From assembly GCA_024137785.1 (NCBI GenBank), contig JAHRHZ010000009.1:16080793-16144792 (forward strand): a stretch of DNA of 64,000 nucleotides. Reading direction: 5' to 3'. This document shows, piece by piece, positions 26,808 to 41,154 of the stretch; the first letter of the stretch is position 1; the number at the start of each line of letters is the position of its first letter. A model generated the notes under the pieces. That model was not told the DNA's origin. It made no database searches and saw nothing but the letters and a program-made list of their open reading frames with translations. Made by a program: the position numbers and the translations under genes. The stretch is from Ginglymostoma cirratum (Eukaryota).

Positions 26808-29800
26808 GTTGGTGTTTCTAAGCGGGATCTCGCTTTGTCCCCCTTCAGCAAGTGCGTCTCGCTGGTTTGTCTCGGGCACAGCTTAAGTTAGAAGCAGAAC
26901 GAGAAGTGATTACTTTGGTGGAGTCTAACCAGTCTCATTTTTTCACCATCTCAGGAAACAACCCCCCTAAAGCTAACTGGCCTGCACTCGGCTGCACAAA
27001 AGCCCTAGCATGTGGAATGAAAGTCTCGCGGCTTCATTTTGAAAGGTGTCGGAGATTTCCGTGGGTGGGAAACAGGCCGGGAACATTTTCAAACGGGCTG
27101 GGGAAAAAAAAGAGGGGCCTCCCTTTGTTTCCTGCCCCAGGAATTACGAGTGGAAGATGTCACCAACTTAAAACTGAAGCGACCAGCCGCAATGGGTTGG
27201 AAGTGTTCTCAGGTCTTAGAAAGGGAAGGCTCCACTGAAAGTCCGATATTTCAATCCAAATCTATTTTTAATTAAAAAAGAATTACCCACGACGAAGTGA
27301 AAGGCAAAGAATGATAAATAAGGACAGGAAGGTTTCAATGTAGACTTGTGATAGGCTTAGGGAACAGGGCAAAAAAAAAATCGAAGTTTGTGATCAGATT
27401 GGACCAGTAGCCGGCTTTAGCTGTTGAAATTTAAGACAGAGTCCCTGAGAGAAAGGATATCAATACCCTCACAGACAGCGTGCTATTGTTTGGCTTGATC
27501 ATTGGAATAATGAAGATTTTTTTATGTGACCCACTGGCAGTAAATACGCTACAGGAACAATCGCAAATCCCCCGAGGGTGTGCCCTGTCTAACTTGAACT
27601 AAGTTCACTGCAGATCTTTCGTATATCTTTTTTTGGTTGCTTGCGAAATAAGGCAACCTGGTCAGAATTTATTGTTGCAGACAGATATTATCCCTTGGAG
27701 AATGTTTATTGACGTATGCTTTGCTTAATTGTTTCCACTGATTTATAGCGCGCTGTCACAGGGTATAAACAGATAGTGTTACACCTATTCGTTTAATGCC
27801 TGCTTAATTTGTTGTTTAAATGTTAAAAGCAAATGGTCCATGACTGCTCTGGCTATAGATTTTATCTAAAGAATATGTTGGACTGGTTTTAAAAGACAAC
27901 ATCGGAGAGTGGGAGGGGGCTGGAAGCGAACTGTGGATTGTACTCCAGTTTTGCCCAGGACCCAATTGGAGGGCTAGATTCGCTTGCCCAAATGCTCAAT
28001 CTCTTTCTAAGGGTATTGTAGAAAGAAATTAACGTTTTAAAAACTTCATTCCTGTCCATCTCTCTATAAGTTTTTCAGACCATACTGTTTGCTTTCTACT
28101 CTCCCAGCACCATATTCTGAAGCAGAAATTGTAATTGAGAACAAGACAACTCTCTCTGGAGTAGTCCTTGTGTCTTTTCGGGCCTTCCTTTCATGGTTCC
28201 AAACTCGAGCAATAAAGTGGCCATTTACTGACCTTTCCAATAGTGTCCACTTCGACCTAAAGCAATATGTCCGGGTTCGGAGACAGAACGCTAAATGCTC
28301 GCATCATAATATTTTTAAGTGGGTCATGGATTAAAAATAACACAAAAATGGTAATTAGCGTCATACGGCGAAGCAGAATTACTTTCTTCACTTCAGCGAA
28401 GCTGCAAGGTAAAGCTGTCCATCACTTGGTGTCGATCCCCACAAATGGAACTGATGTTGCTAAAATTCTGTGAACAGACTGGTTGCAGCATACTATAGCC
28501 CGTTGCGGAAACACAGCTGCACGGGCAGAATCAGTTTCGCCGCTGTATTTAAGAAAATATTATATATAATGCACAAGCATTTAAATGTAACCCCAGGCAT
28601 CAACACACACACAATATGGCGATGTGAGCTAAGTGTGTTTGTAAAGTCTATTACCATAATTCTCTGTTTTAAAACACTGCATTCCGTCAGTTCGAAAGTT
28701 TATGTGTAGCCTCTGAGACTTCTGGTGCCAGTCTGCAGATTTGATAAGGTTGGAAACACTTGGTGTTCAGTCGCATAGTATCAATCTGGGTTTTGCTGAG
28801 AAGTTTATGCTGTGTTTGAAACCTGTGTGTGTGGAGGTTTTGCTCAAACCAGACCATTGTGTTTACGAAAGTCACGTCCAGAGAAGAGGAAATCCACTCA
28901 GTCCCTGCTCTGCATTGATCCATGCAAAAAAAAAGAACGAGGCTTAACTGTGCAATATCTGGGGCCAGGAACAAAGATGAGTAGCAGACTGTAAGTTCCT
29001 AATGACAGTGGTACGCTGTCAGGTTCAAATTGGTCCTGTTTTCTGGCAAAGTCATGTGTTTGAGGGCGAATCCATTTTTATCGGTCAAGTTTTTTTTCTT
29101 GGATCCCTAGCTCACGCAAAATGCAATGCAACAATCAAAGGCTGTGAGTGTCTTCCTCCTGACATGCTGCTTGGGGCCGGAAACTCCGACCTAACCGTTA
29201 GGTCAAACACCAGGCACGTTCGAATTGCTAGTTTATGACCAGCCCCTGGGATCCAGGCACTGCACCGAGCTACAGCAGAGCTAAATATAAATATTTACAG
29301 TATACAAATCTGGAAGACGCCTGCGGCCACTGCCATGGGTCCAGCCCCAACTCAAACCCCCGTGTAAGAATATTAACACGAGACAGGATCCAAAATAGGA
29401 ACATCATTTTGCTATAAAGATTCCGCCAAGTACAAGCCAGACAGTCAGTGCAAATAAGGCTCAATGATTCTAAGAAGGACAGTCACCATGTTGTTTTTTA
29501 ATGGTATAAAATGAGTGCTGTTACAAAAGATGGCCACCATGCCTCGTGTTATTGTCCTCATCCAGTTCAACTTCAAGCCTAGGCTCGAAGTTACTGTGAT
29601 ATGAAACCCATTTTCCCCAATCTAAAGACAGGCAAGTAAGCAAGATTGTTGGTCTGGCTGCTTAGTTTACGAGAAGTTGACCTGTATTTATAGTGCTGCT
29701 CCTCGATTGGGAGAATTTAATGCAACAAGACTAACTCTTCATATGGCAGGTCGATTTCAGTTTGCCTAACTTATCGGATTGTTGGTTACCAGATAACAAA

Positions 29801-30450
29801 ATATACAGTGAAAGAATTACATTGAGGAGTTTGGGGAGAAAGCGAGTAATGTCCCGGGGTAATGTCCCGAGCTGCTTAACCGCTTTAATTCGCCAGGTTG
29901 CAGGCTTTTATCTGAACAAATTCTGTCCACAGAAATATCAAATCCCAATATTCTCTTCACGGTTTCCAATAGTCGAAAGACCGAAACAGACTAGCTTGAA
30001 AGAAAAACGTCAATATTAAAACTGGCCAGTGAAATAAGTTTTTTTAAAGAAAAAACGTCTTAAAACTTCTTGCCAAGGAGGTTTGCCAATAATATCAGCG
30101 CCAAATTACTTTCCAAGTGAAATGTTGTGGGATAAAAAAACGCGTTCAGTTGGAGTTTAAAGTTTATCAGTTCTTCAGAGGAAGAATGTGGAATTTGGCA
30201 GAAATGTATCTTATGCAGATTCGCAGCGTTTTCAGGAAAATCAGACGAAAAAGGAGTATTTCTGCAGGAGACGCGTTCACGCCAGACTAAAGTGTGAATT
30301 AAATTATTTACTTTCAATACGAAGAGTTCCATACGCACTCTAAAATAAAAAGCAAAGCTGAGGATGCGTTGGAGAGCACAAAATCTCCGCCAGCAGGTCT
30401 CGTTGTTAAACCTTTTTATTTTATATACGTGCACACTTACAGAAGGACAT

Positions 30451-30555
30451 ATCAATTTGTCTAGCGCTTTTTACGACCTGAGAATCTTATCCCAAAGCGC
30501 AATACAGTCAACGGAGTACTTGTTTTGATGTGCAATCACTGTTGAAATACAGGAA
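30451..30555 (-). mobile_element. Ancient DeuSINE (SacSINE1/AmnSINE1-like) 3' tail fragment in the zic5 intron
   Basis: TAGCGCTTTTTACGACCTGAG..CCCAAAGCGC..TACAG..GAGTACTT..TGTGCAATCACTGTTG is similar to copies at 47.5, 49.2 and 62.5 kb. Confidence 0.55.
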
Positions 30556-30702
30556 CTTACTCTTGCAACTAGGGGTAAAATGGTCATGTTGAATTCGGAC
30601 CAGTGTATACAATCAATTTGTTAAAATAAGCTTGGAAAAAAAACTTACTATATACAACCACTTGGCTTTATTCCCTTATTGTGTTTACTTTATTATTTTC
30701 AG

Positions 30703-31136
30703 GAGAGAAGCCTTTTAAATGCGAGTTCGATGGTTGTGACAGGAAATTTGCCAATAGCAGTGACAGGAAGAAACACTCTCATGTCCATACCAGTGACAAG
30801 CCGTACAACTGTAAAGTTAGAGGCTGCGACAAGTCGTACACTCATCCCAGTTCCCTTCGCAAACACATGAAGGTGCATTGCAAATCTCCCCCACCTCCCC
30901 TCACTTCTGGTTACGAGCTCTCCAACACATCCTTGGGGATAGTGTCTCCAGCTTCAGAGCCCGTCAGGGGCCGCACTGCCAGCGTCTCTTCGCAAGTCAC
31001 CAACCTCAACGAATGGTACGTCTGCCAGGGGAGCGGGGCTGCCAACAGCCTCCACACATCTTCAAGCAACGGTACCTCATCCGACACTGAGGATGAGGAG
31101 GTTTACAGGGACCCAGATCCCAGGACTATGCTCTGA
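30703..31136 (+). CDS. zic5: Zic5-like coding exon 2 (ZF4-5 and C-terminus)
   Basis: Acceptor TTATTATTTTCAG|GA. Reads [65 protein letters not shown]...[12 protein letters not shown]...DPRTML*. The two-exon structure and C-terminus fit Zic5. Total 484 aa. Confidence 0.92.
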
Positions 31137-32570
31137 CAGATGAGTGTTGCAGGAACGTGCATATGGGCACCTTGAAAAGCGTCAATCGAGGGTCTGTGGC
31201 AATGGCGGCCATCCAATAATGCCAACTATGGTGTCCTGTGGCCACTTTAAACCAAGTAGGTTCAATACGCGTCGGAAAACGACTTAAGGGCTACCGACCT
31301 GATCTCATGCAGCTTTGTGGCCTATACGTTCATTTTCTGTGTCAACCAAGATTGTACTGGGACCATCGAAGCTAATGAAACTCACAACTCGATTTATTTT
31401 TAAGAGCTGTAAATACTGATGATCAAACCTGACTTAAAGAAATAAAGCCCATCATTCGACCTATTGCAGTCGAGCAATAGCGTTTTCTCCCGACCAGAAA
31501 ACACCGGTCTTTTTTTTATTTTGAACAGTCAGACAACATATTCCCCTCGAGAGCTGGGAGTGTTTCTTTGAGGGCCCGGTTACAGGGTTACAAGTTGACT
31601 GTTTGAGCGAAGGGCTACCCCACACTTCAGATACAATGGTGGGCAATATGATTCAAGGTTGGCGGTGGGTGGGAGGGTGGCGGAAGTCGCCTTATTTCTG
31701 TGTTCAGCTGAAATGACCCAGTGCTAGGGGTTCGATAATAGAACACACATAAAAGGTATATACCGTTCCAAAAGAAAAGTTGAATTAGGACTTTCCTATT
31801 TGACCCCATAATATCAATACTGATAATTTATCAACCTTTATTGGGATTTTGGAACACCAGCCTCTCCTGTGATTTCCTATCTATCATGGTACAGGCAAAA
31901 ATATTCATAGTTTACTCATAATTATTCAGGCCTTCGTACAAACAAACTAAAGAGCACTAATATGTCCTTAGAGGCCAGAAGACGCAAAAATGACAGGCCT
32001 GTCCCTGTAGGATTTGTACATAATTGTTGTGAGCTGCGAGTCGTTGATATCATCGTTAGCTTCCTTAAGATTGTCGTCCGTAAATGTTCTTTTATTTGTA
32101 AAGTATAATTTATTTGCTGATGTGTAATATCTTTCTGTAATAGTACAGATACACCAAAGAATTATATTATTACGTTTGGTGCAGTTTCGTGGTGTTGATA
32201 AATCTGTGGTCTGTCAGAACATTTATTTTCTGCTTACTTGAATGAAATCTGAAATGTGAAGATGAAGATATGTGATTGTTTATTCCTTCAAGGTGCTGCA
32301 GTTAATCGTTGTAACTACAGTATTGGTATATTATCATTACCATGCATGTGCAGTTATTTTACATTCCATTTCCATTAACAAACACCGCCCAGAATCCCTG
32401 ATTGGAATCTACAAATCTACACCCAAAATGCAGTTGCGAGATGACATTTTCTTCAAAATAATGAATGGTCCACGTGTATTTCCATTAGAAACGTGTTTCA
32501 GTGATGGAGGTTTAGCCGTGTGACATTGTATTTTCAAATTGTGAATAAACAAATATTGTTTTTTTTCTCA
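31137..32570 (+). other. Zic5-like 3' UTR with candidate poly(A) signals at 31441-31446 and 32544-32549
   Basis: AATAAA hexamers; U-rich, TGTA-rich block at about 32075-32150; GU/U-rich sequence after 32549. Confidence 0.5.
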
Positions 32571-35500
32571 GCGTTAATAACTTGTGTATTAAATGTGCAA
32601 ATCCTGACAGTAAAGTCTTGTACTGTGCCTTTGGAAATCTTGACCTCAATGGTACAGACTCAGGTCATTTTAGCTAAAAGATCTGAAGATAAATGACGGA
32701 GGGCGTCAGGTGTAACTTCTTTTTTCTGCTGTTGCATGACACCAGTTGTCTCCATGCAAATATTTACGTGTCTATCGCAAATAGAATGCACAGAGGGACT
32801 TCAGCAAACATTGAAGATGCTACCTACCTGGCTCCAATTGGCAGACGGGAGATGAAACAGTTCCCAATATTGTCTCTAATTAGCATTTCAGTATGAAGTC
32901 AAAGGGTAAGGAAGGAAGTTTATCCTATGGGATCATGCTATCCCAACTCCAGAAATCCAGGTAAGCAGAGAGTTGAAACGTATCCTGTTTATATCACTCT
33001 GTTCACTCCTTTATTTTGAATCCAACCACTTGCACATCCAGATATTTTGTTGCGGCTACTTTTAACAACATCTGTAGCAACGTAGTAGCATCGCAATTGA
33101 TGGATTACATACAAACACATTTGGACGATCCAGTATAAAACAGTCCAGAAACAATACAAGGGGGAAACAATTCAGGAAGTCGAGTTCCATTTCTATATTT
33201 CCCTGCAATCCCACGTTTCCTTATCAAATGCCTCGAAAATTCCACGCCTGTCTTATAACAGCCAAATGTGGCGGAGAATCCACAAGGATACTATGTGCGA
33301 TTCTCGGTGACTAACTTTAAGTGTGACGTTGGTAGTGTTTTCGCCTTCTAATTGGGATTGTAAAACAACTTGACCCATCCGTTGAAATGGTTTTAACATG
33401 GGAGTTCAGTAAGTATGGCCTTTTTAAGACAGACAACCTACACTGTGCACCTGAAGGTTGAGATCTGCAAAAGGCTCGACCAATACAAAAACATACAGCT
33501 TGGGGGATACATCTTTCAGATGCTTTGCTGATAAAATGAACCAACAGGAACATTCCTTTTGGCCAAAGTGTCAAAGAACAGATGGAAATGTGCATAAGAG
33601 AACAGACCCGGGATGCAAGAAAGCAATTCGAAGAATGACTGATATGTCTCCTAAATGAAATAGGTTGTTTCTGTGAGATTCACAATTAAAAGCATATGAA
33701 GCAGAAGAAGACTCATGTAAATGAAGGCGCCAATCAATGGAGAAACTTATAGCTCTCTAATGAAGTTTCTGGTGAAAGGAAGGGCTGTACAAAGGCATCC
33801 AGACATGAATCATTCATGGCAGATATCAAAGATAAAAGATATTCAACAATAAGCAGATCGTTGTAAAGAATGCAAAAAAAAACACGCTTCCCCTCCATAC
33901 TTGCTGCACTAAACCCTACAACCTCGCTCTCCCCGTATTCACTATCGTTTCCTATAGAGTTAAAATGTGACCAGTGCCTGTCCTGCGCCACTTCAAAGCA
34001 ATTTACTCCAGAGCGGAAGACTTGGCGCTTGGACACTCTTCATGCTGTGTTAGGATTTCTATGGCAATTGGCAAACCCGATCTCCACATTTGAATATATT
34101 TACAATAAAGCTCACTTATTAGGTCTAAGCAGCGTATGATTTAAGCGGAGATGGAGTCCATTCTCCCCCTGCACGGTAACACCAGACACCTTGCGCTCCG
34201 GGGAGAAAAACAGACTTTTTAATGTCGGGTATACATCAGTGAAACTTGTCATTTGTTCAAGTAGCGCGTCTCTAACTCAGCCACAAGTAAACAGAAACAC
34301 GAGTCAAAAGAGGACCCGTGCCCATTCCACACAAACACAAACTATTAACCAGCATATTGACGTAAACATGTTAAAACATTGATCAACGCCCTTTTGTCAA
34401 AGCTACAAGGATTTCTAATAAATAATCGGCAGATGACAGCGTATAATTTCGCTCAATCTTTTCAACAGGCGAGCGAGATTGTTTTTGATCAGTGTGCTGG
34501 GAGATTGGATCAGAAATAGGGTTTGAGAACACCATAAACAAGAGGGATTACACTCTCCTCAGTGTATAGTGTGAGCTTGTGCTTAGTTTGATGCGGATCA
34601 TGTTGTCCGTTTGCAGTTTACACGTGGAAGAAATCAACTGCAGAACACTTTAAATAATCACAAGCAAAATATTAGGTTTTAAGGGACAAGTCGTGAGCGT
34701 CCTCCCGTCCACAAGCCAGAGCTGAAGTTTGTTGCTTAACGAAAGTCGAAGAAGCACAACCCAAGACAACAAAAAAAAGCCAAAAAAAAGCGCAAGAGTC
34801 TAATCAAGCAGGGGAAAGTTCAAAGGCAAACCGCTTTGAAATTCAAACTACTGCTTTTACGGTATATCAACATGGCGCGTTAAGATTGCTATGGCAATGA
34901 GTAAGCCCAAAGCAGGCTGCATTCAAAGCAGTCTACCTCGATTCGCGACAGTCTATTAAGATACAGTTGCACTGACCTTTAGTTTCATGCTATGTTAGTT
35001 CAGTCAATTTTCACTGCATCAGAAACGTTCATATTTTGTTCACCCCACCACCTCTGACGGGCTCGTCCCTCTTTACCTTACCTACCCCCCCCCCCATCCC
35101 TTCCCCTCTCCTTTCCAAATATCAGCAACTTTCCTTTTTTTGGATGAGTCTTGAAGTGTTTACTCTGATTTTTTTCCCTCTTTTTTGGGGGTGCTTACCA
35201 ACTATTGTGTGCAATATGTTATCGCCCTTTGTTTATCTAATGCAAGTACTCTCTGAATGGTGAAAAATAAACACGATGAAAAATAACCAAACAGATGATT
35301 CCTCTGAGTGAAAAACCCGGGGACTTAATAAAAGAGCGAAGCAGCCACCGTTGAATGGAAAATCCTTTGAAGTGGAACTTATTATCTGAGGAATACTTTG
35401 CCGTCGTCCTAACGACACAGCTGAATCGAAAAGCGTTCCCTTTTGTCAGCGATTTGTTCTCCTTTACTAGAAAGCCCACTGGAATTACTTACATGAACTG

Positions 35501-38500
35501 CCTTAATATACAGACTGGAAATCAGTAACTTTGCAAGTCAGACTTTCAGACGCCACTCTGTTGAATCTGAGGGGAGGTGGTGTGTTGGTTGGATTGTGTG
35601 TGGGGGTGGGGAGGTGTGGGGTGTGGGGGTGAGACGACAGTGAACGGCTGGCAAGGGTTTCATAAATGTGTTTTGTGTGTTTCTGCGTTGTTAACAGCCT
35701 TCAGTTCAGCTTCACTTCATGTATGTCCCCATAACCAACGCTTGCTTTTAGACACCATTATGACAGATATACAGCCCACATGTTTTCCCCGGCTCACACG
35801 TAGCCTCGCCGCAAGGTTATAAAACGTGAGCTCCATCGCTGGGTGACGTGTTTTCTCCCCTTGGTACAAACCACATCCTGTTTTACCCAAATTTATTCGT
35901 AACAGATGCACGAGATAAACGGGGCGATTTCAGAGTCAACTAGTGAAAAGAGTGGACCTGGAAAGTTGTAAACACTTCTTTTAAGCTTCTCCTCGTGCAA
36001 GCAATTATTTACTTTGAAATAATTGCATTTCATCCGAGACTTCATAGCAGCAATAAAATAATCGGAAGCGGGTCAGTTCACCCGATAACAAGAGTAATTG
36101 TATTCTAAGGGCAGACTTTAGATACAGTCCGTTGTGATTATGGTCCCATATTTTCTTGCTTGTTTCATTTTAATCTAAATGCATTTTTGATTTACAATGA
36201 CCAGCTGTCCACAGCTGAGCTTTTCTTGTTCATAACAGGGATCCCCTAAACACGCCACATTTAGTACAGATGTTTTTTTTTTAATTGAAGTTGTTTCCAA
36301 ACTGATAGCGTTTAATAGATTCTGAAGATAGACTATAGCTTACACATATATATTACATAATATTGCACTTAGCATATTTTGAATTCTCTCCTCGGAGGAG
36401 CTGTCTTTTAGTCTGGGCACCGTGAAAACTAATGCACTTGCTGAGAACCGAGCATCAGTGGCAGCGTTACAAGCAGAGTGCATTAAATATTGAATGACAC
36501 TAGGAAAAAAAGAGCTTGTCAAGGGGCACTCAGCCTGAAAGTCTTTCTTTGACTTTTTTCTGCACTGCCCTGTCCGACTATTTAAGCTGGTGTTAATTAA
36601 GGCTGCTTACGATTCAGCTCGATCTCAGCTTTGTCTATTTCCTCACCACACTTGTCAAACGACATCGTTAGTCCAACCAGCCTTCTTTGCACACACACAC
36701 ATTTAGTTTAGTAAAAGTACACTTCCTGCACTACTGGAGATAGAAAGACAACCAGCTTGTGATGCCCCGCAACTGATTCAGGAGTGTCCCCCTAAAATAT
36801 TGGTTTACATGTTGAAAGACCGACACAGCTGCACTTCATTCTAATGTGTCTTTGGTGTGTATAACTGAACCTTTAAGTTGTGCGTTTACTGCAGATGTAG
36901 GGTGATCAATATGCCCAGCGACAGCAACTTTTTGGTTCATAGTGAACCCATGGTGATTGAAACATTCTTTAAGCTTCCAGTCAAAGACTTCACGTCTCCA
37001 TATTTACCAGAAAGCCCTGTTTAGTCCTTTCTGTCGAGTGTCTGTTGTATAAAGTCGGGCGAATTGAGTCTTTTATGCACTGTGGATTCTCAATTAAATT
37101 GCACGTTTGCAACATTGCAAATGACAGACGAAAGTTACAAAGAATAGATATTATGCAAAACAAACAAAAAACTAAACGCAATCCTGCTTGTACTTGTTTA
37201 GAGACATCTGTGTCCTGATCACCTCTGGAAACATCCTGCTAATTGCTCGAACCCCTGCAACAATTGTCTTGCCCGCAGGGAGAGAAAAATATATCCACCG
37301 CTCGTCGGAAAAATTACCGACAACTTGTCACAAAATCTCTACTTGTTCGCTTCAACATCGAAGCAAGAGTGCTCCAGTAACTGCCTCTAATCTGAATGAT
37401 TTATTGGTAAAATCTGACCTCAGCTTTAAAAGTCTTGTAAAGGAAATAAACGGCGGTCAGAAACCGAGCACGCCTTTCGAAACTCCTAGGCCTCAGCGAT
37501 GGAAGGCGAAAACAGCAACTCACCCTCAACTCAGGAAATTAACCCAAATGTTTCAGTTTAATTGCCAGGATCTTGCAGCCTAAACCATTTGGACTAATTT
37601 ACACAGCCATTCGCAAATACCACTGCATTTAGGACTTGAAAGCGTGAGGATTTGATTGAAATTAATATTTTGTTGGGAAAATGAGCTTTGTGTGTGTGTG
37701 TGGAAAAGTTCAATTTTTTTGCACGAGTTCTAAAATATTACCTGCGAGAGCAGTGAAGGGAAAGCTCGGTGGAAAGTGGGCAAATCCCTGTCCTAGATTA
37801 TAAGGGCTGTTTATTCAAGGTGAAAGGTCCACGTGGTGTTGTAACTGGGCTGGGTTTAACAAGGATACTAAATCATTCGGCATTTCGCCCCAACGAACAA
37901 AGGTACCAGTGCTGCACAGCCTCTCTCTTGTTCGCATGGAAAGGTGATTGAGACGGAATAATTATGCAGTTCCTTGGAAAGATGGCGGACGGAATTTCCA
38001 GCCCCCTGAATAATTCCCTTCACTTCTACCTAAACACATTTAGTTACATGGAGGGTTTGTGTGCAGAGTCCTGTTTCACAGGCGGCCGCCAAACGTTGTG
38101 AATAGTTTAAAACAGAACAGATTGTGCAGGCGGGGGATTGAGAAGAGACAAAAGTTAATTCGCTCTGAAATGAGTAATATGAACGTGCAGAAAATATTCC
38201 CCCCCACCCTCCACATTTAAACGATCTTCGTAACCCACAGGAGCTGACTGAGATCTGCAGATCAGTCTTTTGAAGTTGGCACAAAAGGAAAGACTCGGAC
38301 AACAATAGTATTGTACGAATGGAAAGCCTCAGACAGGTTAGCCATCAATAAAGACGTAAATAAGACACAGTACAATTCAAGGATTCCGTTTTCGGAATCA
38401 GACTTTGCAGCATTCAGCTCGGATCATTTTTAATAAGAGGTTCCTGTAACTTCTTTTGAGAAAACAGCAACGTCTTCAGTTACCCCTTTGTCACTCGAAA

Positions 38501-38787
38501 ACGATCCACATTATCATTAGTTAGGGAAACTTGTGCCAAACTTTCAATCTAACTTCGGATTAGCCCAAGAGCCGCGTTAGCTTTACAGTGGGATTTGGGA
38601 GATTTTTTTTGTTGTTGTTGAAGCCTCAAATATGGTCCTCGGCTCCATTCTCCTTGCTGATTCAAGTGTGAGCTTTTCAGGGTTGGAAATACTTCTTGCT
38701 AATGGACACACATTCATAGTCTGGGCATGGTGCCAAAATCTGCCAAGCACCCTACCTGGCCGCAGAGCTTACACTTCTTGAATAGGT

Positions 38788-38835
38788 GGAGAGAGTGAGA
38801 GAGAGAGAGAGAGAAAGAAAGAGAGAGAGAGAGAA
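38788..38835. repeat. (GA)n microsatellite
   Basis: Seen directly. Confidence 0.9.
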
Positions 38836-40079
38836 AAGCTGGCATCGTGTTATTTTGAGAAACCGATACAGCCGTACTTAGGAGCCAAGTTTTAATTTGA
38901 ATGATGAAGATTTCTCCCTCAGAAGTTGCAGAATTAGAGGGATCTGGCACAGTGTAAGTACACGAATCTCTAGCTCTTTTTGTATTCTAAGCAGATGAGA
39001 GGTTAGTGGTGTGTGCTAAGTGCCGGATCAGGGGCTTTGTCACAGATGGTGGAATTGTTGAAAGTGCAGTGTCTGGTACGTTATGTGCTCTTCTTCGAGA
39101 AGTTTTCATTGCAAGGGGGAAAGAGGCCGGTGTCCTGTTGGATTAAGACCGGTTGAATTGCGGTAAGTTTGGGGAGCGATTGATTTTCCTCCCAGAAGTC
39201 AGGTTCGGGCAGCTGTGACTTCACCCATTAGCCCCGATGTCTTTTCGAAGAGATTGTTGGAGTTAAACATTCGACAATGTGCGCTCTGGGGCGTCTCTTT
39301 GCTGACCCTTACCCGTTTTTAATAGTTTCATAGGAACTTCATTACATCAATTACTTAGTGAGCACGTCATAATTTATTTGTAATTAGCACTGAGGAGCTT
39401 GAATTCAGCAGGATTTGTTGGGTACCACAAGCAGTTTTGTTTTCTATTGACTCGTGGTATTATTTGAGCGAAACAATAAAAGTGTAATCTTATGTCTTAA
39501 TGTAGCACCGAGTCAGAACAAAACAAACAAACTGAACGCGACAATATTTGTCTTCATTTAGAAGTTCTTTGTTACCTGTGGGTCATTCAAAGCATATTTG
39601 TGCGTGGCTTTTGTTGTACGATACAGTAAATATATCTACTTCACTGGGTCTGTTATTATTTTGCCAGACACAGGCAGATGAGGGAAAGGAGAAAGTGTGT
39701 AAGATTGACAGGGACTGGAAGTAATGATACAGGCGACTGGGGCAGACCAAGAAGCTAAAAAGCCTGACTAGTGGATTGTGGGCAAGTGCAGGAGACGGAT
39801 TGTATGTGTGTTTGGGGATGAAGAGCGGAGAGGGGGGGGGTGTGGTGGTGGCGTGGCGGGGGTGAGTGTGAAGGGATATGGTAGAAAAATTATGTAGATC
39901 GTCTTCTGAGTGGGAGAGATGCGAAGTTGCAACAGCCTGAGATTTTGGAAGGTCGAGTTTCGGAATGGACTGAAGTAAAACAATTTTAAACCAACACGCC
40001 CACGGAGAAACTCATGAGATCAGGTGCATCAACGGGTTTATTCGCAAGATTCTATTCTTTGTGTTTGACAGTGAGTGAT

Positions 40080-40535
40080 ACTGGTAACCTCACCAATCTA
40101 CCCGAATGCAGAAACTCAATAGATTCTCTGTCACACCGCGAGGTTACCTTTCTTTTTCCCTTCTGTGCCCGAGGGCAGGTTTGACCCAAACTGCCAAAGT
40201 GGGAGAGGCAGGTCCTGAATCCAGCTCTGCCAGAATAGGAATCGAACCATCTACTGTTGGCACCAATCAGTGTTTTAAGCTCAACCATCTACCCAGCTGG
40301 GTAGAAATGATACAGCCTCCAATTTTCTTTCCATCACGTGACTGAACAAGACTCAGACCTAACACCTATCGCTTTCCACTGGCGATTCTTGGCAGCCTTA
40401 ACAAGTTGGTAATCAACCTGTTTGGTCGTATTATGAGCGGACCTCTGCTGACCATCAAGCTCCAGAGTTTGACAATATCCTGAAGCTGAAGTCTCAGAGG
40501 CAGGGAGACGACCCACTGTTCCACCAGACCTCCCT
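40080..40535 (-). mobile_element. Two degraded tRNA-derived SINE fragments
   Basis: GGAATCGAACC (reverse B-box) at about 40238; similarity to the SINE at 46.8 kb; a second SINE-head-like segment at 40450-40530. Confidence 0.5.
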
Positions 40536-41154
40536 AGAGTTTATCATGAGGTAGTTAAATGGAGGCTGAGTAACTGCTGTCAGCTATTGTAACAATCGTT
40601 AGAATTAACATTCAGGCTTTAACACCCCCTCCCCAGCCCCTCTAACCTTTCAGGCATTGTTTAATTAAAAATTCAAGTTCATCTGTGATGCGCCCTGTTG
40701 AGGAGTAGGCTGCTAAGACCTGATATTGAATATGGGTTCTTTGGTTATGACAATGGAAGGTAATTGCTCCCTACAAACGGTACTTTATAAGACGTCATAA
40801 CCTGAGAGCAGGAAAATACAGCAGAAAATTGGCAAGTGTAGTAAGTGGGAATAGCAAATTGGGTAATTAAAAAAGACCAACAAATAACCACATAGACACG
40901 AAACAGCAAGAAAAGATCAGAGAAAGAAGCAAAGATTCTCCAGTAGGTGAATGAATGAGGTAATCTGGCACAAAACTCATATGAACCAGGAAAGTGCCGA
41001 ATTCCAATTACAGATCTAACAAACAGAGACAGTGAGAAAGCCCATCTTAGGGTTTACAAATTGATTAGAAAGGAAAATTCTTCATATGTTTCCTCAACTG
41101 AAAAATATTCATGTCTGGATATTGGAAGGATTTAATAGATTTAAAGCATAAAGA

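Noticed and set aside
26808-26821. ORF-track C-termini GWCF* (zic5) and GNKKKQ* (zic2)
   Set aside because: These are read-through into introns. Canonical phase-1 splicing restores the HTGEKP linker.
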